Of a stretch of 64,000 nt of DNA, positions 57,134 to 64,000 are shown piece after piece. Both the position numbers and the translations under genes were made by a program. Below the pieces are notes generated by a model, which did no database searches, was not told where the DNA came from, and saw only the letters and a list, made by a program, of their open reading frames with translations. The stretch's first letter is position 1; every line of letters starts with the position of its first letter. This DNA is from a virus: positions 32,001-96,000 of the IMG/VR virus record IMGVR_UViG_3300022752_002834; one strand, given 5' to 3'.

Positions 57134-57469
57134 TCAAGTTTCTTTATCTTCTATTGATACAGTATTAGCTGGTCCAAGAGAGATTTCGTCTGCCATTACA
57201 CAGACAGAATTCTTTGTATTACCATCCTTATCCTGATAGTCATCGATTTTTAACTTTCCTTGAACACCAACAAGACGGCCCTTAGTAAGATGTTCCTTTA
57301 GTGCTTCTGCCATCTTGCCAAAGCAAAGAACATTTAGATAGAGTGTATCATCATTTCTTCTATCATTAACAGCCATTCGAAACTTAGCCATAGCAGTACC
57401 CTTTTGGGTTGTGCTTAGTTCCGCATCTCTAGTTAATCTACCACAACCAAGCCATGTATTAATATTCAT
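57134..57469 (-). CDS. ssb: Single-stranded DNA-binding protein
   Basis: GRLTRDAEL...FRMAVN...VLCFGKMAE...LTKGRLVGVQGKL...YQDKDG. Confidence 0.92.
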   Translation of the reverse strand: MNINTWLGCGRLTRDAELSTTQKGTAMAKFRMAVNDRRNDDTLYLNVLCFGKMAEALKEHLTKGRLVGVQGKLKIDDYQDKDGNTKNSVCVMADEISLGPANTVSIEDKET

Positions 57470-57473
57470 ACAA

Positions 57474-57791
57474 TTATACCTCCAGTGCTGAACGAATTCT
57501 ACCTCTAACTACCTGTGTGTCACCATGATTATAAGTACCAAGAGTAGCACTATAAACATTTCTAGCAAACTTTCTTGAAATACCTAGCAAACGAGCAGCG
57601 TATTCTGTTTCATCTCTTGTATTATCAAAAAGACCAAAGCCACTCTTGTGTGCTAGTGCTGTGATTGGATTAAGTGTAAATCCACGATTCCAGCCACTTT
57701 GAATCTTTGCTACAACTCTATTGCCATCTACATCCCAATGGTATGCATTAGCAACATTTTCTAATCTATCAAAAAATTCTGAACGATCCAT
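57474..57791 (-). CDS. Hypothetical protein
   Basis: Coupled ORF with an RBS. Confidence 0.6.
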   Translation of the reverse strand: MDRSEFFDRLENVANAYHWDVDGNRVVAKIQSGWNRGFTLNPITALAHKSGFGLFDNTRDETEYAARLLGISRKFARNVYSATLGTYNHGDTQVVRGRIRSALEV

Positions 57792-57792
57792 A

Positions 57793-57978
57793 TCAATCCT
57801 CCTTACTTTGCTTTAGTAAATCTTGAGAACACTTTTCAATATTCTCTACACCGCTATGAAGATAAGCGTTTAGCTTATCAATTTCTTCGCCAATATTTTT
57901 CTGTTGATTCTTTAGCTCTTCTACTCTTAATGCAACATTCTGTAGATGAGCCTTAGCCATATCCAAAATCATATTCAT
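57793..57978 (-). CDS. Small coiled-coil protein
   Basis: Heptad pattern and an AAGGAG RBS. Confidence 0.6.
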   Translation of the reverse strand: MNMILDMAKAHLQNVALRVEELKNQQKNIGEEIDKLNAYLHSGVENIEKCSQDLLKQSKED

Positions 57979-57999
57979 GTTATTCTGTCTCCTTAAAAT

Positions 58000-58028
58000 A
58001 TTATATGGGCCTATAGGTTAAAAAACAC
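58000..58028 (-). promoter_or_regulatory. Candidate promoter GTGTTT-N17-TATAAT
   Basis: Intergenic, upstream of the AAGGAG RBS of the operon that ends in ssb. Confidence 0.45.
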
Positions 58029-58231
58029 TATCTACTTTCATAGGTAACATAGTCCAATACCTTATCATGTGACCATCCCTCGTTGTAATTACCTTCTGTA
58101 GATAATTCTGCTAATTCTGTGTAGTTTTTCTGTAATGTAAATATAAGATTTGATAAGAAATCAATTTTATTATTCTTGATACATTCATCTACTAAATTTT
58201 TGATTTCGGATAATTTAATGTTTTTAGTCAT
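58028..58231 (-). CDS. Hypothetical protein
   Basis: Coupled small ORF. Confidence 0.5.
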   Translation of the reverse strand: MTKNIKLSEIKNLVDECIKNNKIDFLSNLIFTLQKNYTELAELSTEGNYNEGWSHDKVLDYVTYESR

Positions 58232-58646
58232 ATAATGTTACTTCCACATTAGCTTCTTTGAACAACGTCTTTGATAATTCAAATTCATCTTTCCATCTTT
58301 CTGGCATATTATTATATGATACAACTCGCCTAATTCCAGTTTGGATTATGACGCTTGAGCAACGTGGACATGGCATAAATGGGTATGTATAAAGTGTACA
58401 TGATTTTAATGATCTATTTGCAAATAAAATAGCATTCATTTCACCGTGTACTATTATCTTATACTTGGTTTCTCTTTCTTGCAATCTGCTATCATCAATA
58501 ATGTCTTGAGGGAATCCATTATAACCAACAGATATTATTCTGTTGTTTTCATCAGTTATTACTGCACCAACTTTAGTTGATGGGTCTTTAGACCAGCTAG
58601 AAATAAATTCTGCTAGATCTAAAAATCTGTAATCCCATTTGTTCAT
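58224..58646 (-). CDS. dCMP deaminase
   Basis: SKDPSTKVGAVI, GYNG, VHGEMNAI and PCPRC. Confidence 0.93.
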   Translation of the reverse strand: MNKWDYRFLDLAEFISSWSKDPSTKVGAVITDENNRIISVGYNGFPQDIIDDSRLQERETKYKIIVHGEMNAILFANRSLKSCTLYTYPFMPCPRCSSVIIQTGIRRVVSYNNMPERWKDEFELSKTLFKEANVEVTLYD

Positions 58647-59758
58647 AATGATCTATCAAAATGAACTCTATTTACTCTAATGAATTCTGCACACTTGGGT
58701 AAGTCTTTTATGCAAGATGCCCCAACATACGCACACGCACTGCGGATTCCACCAAGTATATCTAGCATAATATTTTCTGCTGATCCCTTGCATGGGACTG
58801 TAATAACTCTTCCTTCACTAGATCTATAATCTTTTATTCCGCCATACTTTTCTTGTGCCTTGTGCGAACTCATTCCATAAAAAGTCAGAGAGACTTTACG
58901 TTTTTCTGTGTCATATCCCGGTTGTATTGGTTGCCAAAATTGTTTTGATGGGCCAGAAGGTTTTGTAAGATACTCATACTTCCACTCTCCTTCACATTCT
59001 TCTGATCCAGCAAACATTCCACCAAGCATAACAAAGTCTGCGTTAGCCGCAAAAGCCTTTACAACGTCTGCTGGTGTTCTACATCCACCGTCTGCACAAA
59101 TCAATCCTCCAATGCCGTTCTTGTTTGTTAAACCATGAGCAGCATGAGAACATTCAGAAATAGCAGACAGTTGTGGATATCCAACTCCAGCCTTGAGTCT
59201 TGTTGTACAAGCAGATCCGGGACCAATGCCAACCTTTACTATATCTACTCCACCGTGAAGTATAAGCTCTTGTACCATTTCTGGTGTACAGATATTACCC
59301 GCCATAATGATTGGTCGATTACCAAAGATATCCCTAACTTTCCTACAAAAGTTTACAAAATCATCCGTATAGCCATTAGCAACATCTATACAAATATTGG
59401 GTACATCATTCACTGTTTCTGAAAACTGTGCAAGCTTTAATAGATCTTCATCTTTTATGCCGATGCTATACCAATAGTTGTTTAGATCTGATAGTCTTTC
59501 TTGGTGATCTTCATTTGTATAATGCTTGTGAAGACATACTACGTTATTGAATTTGGTGCATAGCGAATCTGCCATGTCAAATGTTCCAGTTGTGTCCATG
59601 TTTGCAATCATTATTGGAACACCGCTCCAACTTTGAGAAGAGTGGTAGAAATTAAATTTTCTTTCTACTGATACACTGACCCTTGATGCCGCCCGCGATC
59701 TCTGTGGAACGAGTAATACATCATCAAAGTCCAATTTGGTATCATTAATAATTTTCAT
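58643..59758 (-). CDS. guaC: GMP reductase
   Basis: KLDFDDVLLVP, ANMDTTG, CIDVANGY, KVGIGPGSACTTR, GVGYPQLSA, ADGGC, FYGMSS and YRSSEG. Confidence 0.93.
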   Translation of the reverse strand: MKIINDTKLDFDDVLLVPQRSRAASRVSVSVERKFNFYHSSQSWSGVPIMIANMDTTGTFDMADSLCTKFNNVVCLHKHYTNEDHQERLSDLNNYWYSIGIKDEDLLKLAQFSETVNDVPNICIDVANGYTDDFVNFCRKVRDIFGNRPIIMAGNICTPEMVQELILHGGVDIVKVGIGPGSACTTRLKAGVGYPQLSAISECSHAAHGLTNKNGIGGLICADGGCRTPADVVKAFAANADFVMLGGMFAGSEECEGEWKYEYLTKPSGPSKQFWQPIQPGYDTEKRKVSLTFYGMSSHKAQEKYGGIKDYRSSEGRVITVPCKGSAENIMLDILGGIRSACAYVGASCIKDLPKCAEFIRVNRVHFDRSL

Positions 59759-59787
59759 GACTTTCCTTTGGTGTTACATAATACAAA

Positions 59788-59868
59788 TGGTGTGTGAAGG
59801 ATTCGAACCTCCGAAGTATACACATCTGATTTACAGTCAGACCCCTTTGACCGCTCGGGAAACACACC
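59788..59868 (-). tRNA. tRNA-Tyr (GTA), CCA not encoded
   Basis: Acceptor stem GGTGTGT/ACACACC plus discriminator A, D-arm CCCGAGCGGTCAAAGGG, anticodon arm TCTGA-CTGTAAA-TCAGA, a long variable arm and T-arm GGAGG-TTCGAAT-CCTTC. Confidence 0.93.
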
Positions 59869-59869
59869 G

Positions 59870-59905
59870 AAAATATAACGGAGCAAGTTTCCCCACTCCG
59901 TTATA
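59870..59905 (-). terminator. Intrinsic terminator after rIIB
   Basis: TATAACGGAGTGGG-GAAA-CTTGCTCCGTTATA-TTTT (GNRA loop). Confidence 0.75.
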
Positions 59906-59920
59906 CTCACTTTCAGTAAA

Positions 59921-60802
59921 TCAGACACTAACAACTTCACGATTAAGACGCTTTGCCAAAACTTGATTGATCTTCTCAATCTTGGCTGTTACTTCAACAA
60001 TCCACTCACGATTACGCTGCTTGCGTTGAACATATTCAACATCATCACTTGTCATATGCACAACCTTATCAAAGATACTATCGAATTCAGCAACAACCTC
60101 ATAACGGCAACAACGAAGCTTTTGAAACTTATGATCCGTTGGGACGCTAACAACGTCGCGGGGATTAACCTTGCAGATCATGAGGCGATTACCACCACCC
60201 TTGTCATCATCATCAAGATCAATACCACCATAACTCTTAGCATAATCAATCGCACCAACATGAAGACCGTGACCGCAGCCATTATCACGATTGTTATCTA
60301 CCTTATTACGTGCGACCTGACAGGTCGATCCGATGCTATTATCAAAAGTGCCAGAGTAAATATCCTTATAATCTTCGCGAACAGCCTTGTACGCAAGGAA
60401 GCACCCATCATAAGTAATGGGCATATTCTTGTTCTCCATAAAATCGAACAATTCAACAACGGCATGATCAGAAGGATTCTGACTAAGATTGTCAAGGAAG
60501 TTAAGCATTGGCTCAAAAGGAAAGCCCTGCTTAACCATATCAAGAATAGTGCTTGTAAACATATTCGGCATCTTGATACCATCCCAACTCAAAGAACCAT
60601 CTGTGCAATTAACATAACCCTCACAGTAGGCATTAACGTGAGAAACAATATCGTAAGCTGCTTCAAAATGCTCAACATTGTTACTCTTAAGATGATTGAT
60701 CAACTTATTGTAGTTAGGGTGCGACTTGCCGAAGCAATAGGTCTGACCGCTAACAATCGCAGTAACCGTACCATCATTTGCAATAATATACTTTGTAGAC
60801 AT
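59921..60802 (-). CDS. rIIB: RIIB-like protein
   Basis: NFLDNLSQNPS..AVVELFDF....MPITYDGCFLAYKAV...VDNNRDNGCGHGLHVG...KVNPRDVVSVP.D....KLRCCRYEV. Directly downstream of rIIA. Confidence 0.85.
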   Translation of the reverse strand: MSTKYIIANDGTVTAIVSGQTYCFGKSHPNYNKLINHLKSNNVEHFEAAYDIVSHVNAYCEGYVNCTDGSLSWDGIKMPNMFTSTILDMVKQGFPFEPMLNFLDNLSQNPSDHAVVELFDFMENKNMPITYDGCFLAYKAVREDYKDIYSGTFDNSIGSTCQVARNKVDNNRDNGCGHGLHVGAIDYAKSYGGIDLDDDDKGGGNRLMICKVNPRDVVSVPTDHKFQKLRCCRYEVVAEFDSIFDKVVHMTSDDVEYVQRKQRNREWIVEVTAKIEKINQVLAKRLNREVVSV

Positions 60803-60821
60803 AATATTTCTCCTAGTTAAT

Positions 60822-62978
60822 TCAGATACGACTCAGAACATTAGACATATTTTCGGCAGACTCAATCGTGTCGATATAGTCAACCACAATCTTAACATCA
60901 TTTTGACTAACACCACCATAGTATCCCATATTAGCAATTACCTTAAGCATAGGATACTTCTGTACAGCATCATCAAATCTCTTAGAAAACTTTGTGTTAT
61001 CAATCTTTGCTGAAGACAAATCAACGCTATCACAATTCGGGATGATAGTGCTAATAGCACGAACAAGTTCCATTTCATAACGCATAGAAGTGATACGCTT
61101 CTCATACTCATTATACTCAGCGACAACCTTCTTTGCTTCATTGTCTGTTTTTGTGGCACTAAAAATGTTTGCAAACTTTTCATTTTTATGAGCCGACAAG
61201 CCGCAGCGAACGTTGCAGTCGATAATATCTTGCTTATGATCTGCAACAGCCTTGTTGAAAACTGTACGTACTACATCAACAGCATCACTCCAGTTCGAAC
61301 GCTCTGCCAGTTTGCGATTCTTAATCACAGAAGGCTTAACGGCATAGAACATCATACCATCAACATCGTCTGGATAATGCTTATGCATATAATTCAGAGC
61401 ATTGGAGATATAATTCATATCGATATCCTTATATCCAAGAGTGATATTACCCTTCGATTCAGTGAAATAATAAGCATTCTCGTATTTTACGCTCATATTG
61501 CACTCTTCAAATCGACCGGTTTCTTCATTAAAGACTTGGATATGAACAGGCGGAAGACCATCACTAGAACCAGAATTAGTTCTATCGCAGGTGATCTTGG
61601 GCAAACTAGAAGTCAGCACAATATCATCCTTAGTCGCTCCACCAAGTATATCGTACAAACCGTTGTTGTCAACAGTCTCACCGTCCTTAAGTTTGTACAC
61701 ATAGCACTTTTGTTCATCACCATATGATTTTTGATTTTCACGCATGAATTGCTTGATACGGCTCAGACCGCCGCGATTCAAATCGTCAACAAACACCTTC
61801 ATATCGCCAGTAAAGTTGACGAACTCAACATCTTTAGAGCTATTGATCTTCTTACGATAAGAAGACTTACTGAGGAATGTGAGTGAAAGCTTGTCCTTAA
61901 CATTGATGCTCTCATTAATAATATTGTCGAAAAGCTTCTGGCCGTTCCAAGTAATAGACTTCTGAAGCGATTCAATAGCATTCTTGATAGAAGAACACTG
62001 ATCGCTAATCTGAACATACTTGATACGAGCCTTATAAAGCGAAGGCTGGCTCTTAATCTGATCCTCAATCTTAGATGCAATTTCAGAAGTAATACGATTA
62101 ACGATGCTCTTGATATTGATCTTGGTATCCTTACTGTAGGATAGAGATTCACGACTAGGAGTAATATCGACATCGCCAATATTCACGAAGATACGCAGAC
62201 CGTCAGAATACTGGATGAATCGTGCTTCTTTGTTATCGCCGTCGCCCATGATTTGGAAATGATCAACGGGGTAAGCAATTTGACCCATGATAATCAAGTT
62301 GTTATCAGCGTTGTCATCAAAATACCAACCATCACCAGCAAGAACCTTATCAATTTTACGGAAGGAGATCTTCTCGCCAATAAAGTTGGGCTTAACCTTG
62401 AAAAATTCGTACACCTTGGATGCTTCAGCATTGAACCTATTTACGTCGTTGGAATTAACTTGAATAGAAACTTTGATACCATTAGGTTCAGTTGTATCAT
62501 TCTCATGCATAAGAGAAAACACGGGGCTTCCATCTTCATTCTTGTAGGCATTATAAATACGCTGCTTGCCATCAAGATAAGCCTCTACGGTAAAACTATC
62601 AGCATAAGCAAAGGGAGCCTTACTACCAAGACCAAGGCAACCAACGGCATCGTTGCTATTATTACGAGTACTACGGAAATACGTAGTATAAAGCTGCATA
62701 CAGTTTTCATGATCCATGCTAGTGCCGTAGTCACGAATAAAGAAAACAGGATTCAAAGCGGTAGGAAGATGAACGTCGAACGCAACGTCACGCTTTCCAG
62801 CGTCAACATGAGAATCGTAAGCATTAGTAGAAAGCTCACGAACAACTGCGAGAATCTTGTTAGAATACAGACCGTCAGAAAGAATAAAGAAAGCCTTGGA
62901 AGAAGCTTCGATGCTAAACTTAGACTCTTCGAAGTTACCAGACTTTTCAATGACGTTATTACCAGCGTGAAGTTTCAT
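60822..62978 (-). CDS. rIIA: RIIA-like protein (GHKL ATPase N-terminus)
   Basis: KAFFILSDGLYSNKILAVVRELSTNAYDSH, IRDYG, STR, GCLGLGSKAPFAY and ITPSRESLSY. Confidence 0.88.
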   Translation of the reverse strand: MKLHAGNNVIEKSGNFEESKFSIEASSKAFFILSDGLYSNKILAVVRELSTNAYDSHVDAGKRDVAFDVHLPTALNPVFFIRDYGTSMDHENCMQLYTTYFRSTRNNSNDAVGCLGLGSKAPFAYADSFTVEAYLDGKQRIYNAYKNEDGSPVFSLMHENDTTEPNGIKVSIQVNSNDVNRFNAEASKVYEFFKVKPNFIGEKISFRKIDKVLAGDGWYFDDNADNNLIIMGQIAYPVDHFQIMGDGDNKEARFIQYSDGLRIFVNIGDVDITPSRESLSYSKDTKINIKSIVNRITSEIASKIEDQIKSQPSLYKARIKYVQISDQCSSIKNAIESLQKSITWNGQKLFDNIINESINVKDKLSLTFLSKSSYRKKINSSKDVEFVNFTGDMKVFVDDLNRGGLSRIKQFMRENQKSYGDEQKCYVYKLKDGETVDNNGLYDILGGATKDDIVLTSSLPKITCDRTNSGSSDGLPPVHIQVFNEETGRFEECNMSVKYENAYYFTESKGNITLGYKDIDMNYISNALNYMHKHYPDDVDGMMFYAVKPSVIKNRKLAERSNWSDAVDVVRTVFNKAVADHKQDIIDCNVRCGLSAHKNEKFANIFSATKTDNEAKKVVAEYNEYEKRITSMRYEMELVRAISTIIPNCDSVDLSSAKIDNTKFSKRFDDAVQKYPMLKVIANMGYYGGVSQNDVKIVVDYIDTIESAENMSNVLSRI

Positions 62979-63022
62979 AATGCAAAATCTCCTACAAGTG
63001 CTAAATTACTGAACGTGCTTCA

Positions 63023-63050
63023 AGTATACCAGATGTATCGGCACTGTCAA
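63023..63050 (-). promoter_or_regulatory. Host-type sigma70 promoter TTGACA-N16-TATACT with CGATAC in the spacer
   Basis: Upstream of the rIIA RBS (AGGAG). Same architecture as 57034..57061. Confidence 0.7.
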
Positions 63051-63364
63051 GCGGTGTGCTTGAATTTTTTTTCTTCGATGCAAAAAACTATTGGCGACAA
63101 AGAAAAATCTACCAGATTTCCATCTGCGTAATCATTCCATTCATCAAGAAAACTTTTAACCAAATTTATATCTTCTGTGCAATATCTATAGGATGTATAG
63201 TCATTTATTTCGTCGTTCCATACAATTATAGAATCATATCCAACTTCTACATTCCTTGGGTCATCTTTTAAGACTCTTGCAGAGCATAACTGTATGGGTG
63301 AAATATTGTTGCTTTTCATAGAGCGAACTATATCGCCTTCAAACATTTCTACTTTGATTTTCAT
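63047..63364 (-). CDS. Hypothetical protein
   Basis: ATGA-coupled to thyX. Confidence 0.55.
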   Translation of the reverse strand: MKIKVEMFEGDIVRSMKSNNISPIQLCSARVLKDDPRNVEVGYDSIIVWNDEINDYTSYRYCTEDINLVKSFLDEWNDYADGNLVDFSLSPIVFCIEEKKFKHTA

Positions 63365-63996
63365 TTCCAGCCTAAAGCCTCCGAAACTATGGGGAATTGC
63401 TGAACAAAAATATCCTTGATTCCATTTGCTATATCCATATGTTCTTTCTGAGTTCCATTAGATGATCTAAGATTTATGTAATGAATCCATGATCTAATGC
63501 TCCCTGTCATATAAAGTCTGGTTGGTGTTGCTAATGGAAGTACAAATCTTGCACATTCTTTTGCTATTCCATCCTTTAGCATACCTTCGTACAATGCGAC
63601 AGACTTAGAAAAGTGTTCCCTTATCTTACTTCGCCACTTTGCTTTTGTTTCTATCGATACATCATCTACACTATTCTGTCTGTTTTTAGAATCTTGACTT
63701 CTCAATTCAAATAGCGGTATATCTTCCATCAATAGTGTGGCATCGGCATATCTTTGGCTAAATTCTTGAAATGTAAAACTTCTATGCCTCAATATTTGAG
63801 CGGCTATACCTCTAGAAGTATTTATTTCTACTGTCATATATCCTTGCTCAAAGATACTCCAGTGTTCGTGCTTGATACAATAAGCGATTAGCTTTGAGTA
63901 TTCATCATTGTCTTGATTATTTGGATTACTTACTCTAGCACAATATGCTATTAATTTTTCAGCGTCTGGTGTTGTAGATACTAGTTTAATAGACAT
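63361..63996 (-). CDS. thyX: FAD-dependent thymidylate synthase
   Basis: AYCARVS, HWSIFE, QILRHRSFTFQEFSQRY (RHRX7S), KECARFVLP and TQKEH. Confidence 0.97.
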   Translation of the reverse strand: MSIKLVSTTPDAEKLIAYCARVSNPNNQDNDEYSKLIAYCIKHEHWSIFEQGYMTVEINTSRGIAAQILRHRSFTFQEFSQRYADATLLMEDIPLFELRSQDSKNRQNSVDDVSIETKAKWRSKIREHFSKSVALYEGMLKDGIAKECARFVLPLATPTRLYMTGSIRSWIHYINLRSSNGTQKEHMDIANGIKDIFVQQFPIVSEALGWK

Positions 63997-64000
63997 TTAT

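Noticed and set aside
59755-59979. 74-aa - strand ORF
   Set aside because: It runs through the tRNA-Tyr and the terminator, so it is spurious.
59963-63131. Long + strand ORFs (59963..60820, 61188..61727, 62253..63131)
   Set aside because: They are antisense shadows of rIIB/rIIA, explained by codon bias. No motifs or convincing RBS.
1-64000. Stop-codon reassignment
   Set aside because: Conserved genes are full length in the standard code, and TAA, TAG and TGA all end coupled genes.

Overview
AT-rich, gene-dense 64-kb segment of a large tailed dsDNA bacteriophage genome in the standard genetic code. No integrase, rRNA or CRISPR array was seen. The + strand (1-7.7 kb) carries the end of a probable virion-structural block. 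Everything from 7.8 kb onward is on the - strand. In window order it holds: a Rad52/Sak-like annealase; an ~11.5-kb glycosylation cluster (GT4 x3, GT-A, GT-D-like, RgpF-like, WecB, a 2OG-Fe(II) dioxygenase and degenerate enzyme-like ORFs); a replication/recombination module (an intein-less split DnaE with a DEDDh exonuclease between the halves, Cas4-like nuclease, dNMP kinase, primase, DnaB, RecA-like); nucleotide metabolism genes (phoH, dut, nrdAB, dCMP deaminase, guaC, thyX); a membrane/lysis-like module (TM-coiled coil-PAS protein, holin-like protein, papain-like protease, lipoprotein) interrupted by a fibre/adhesin cassette; a phage sigma factor; rIIA/rIIB-like genes; and tRNA-Tyr(GTA). 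Five free-standing homing-endonuclease-like genes, several intrinsic terminators and three candidate promoter classes are also present. All family assignments come from motifs recognised by eye, and no database searches were run. Some starts were moved from the ORF track to the ATG with the best RBS or stop-codon overlap.
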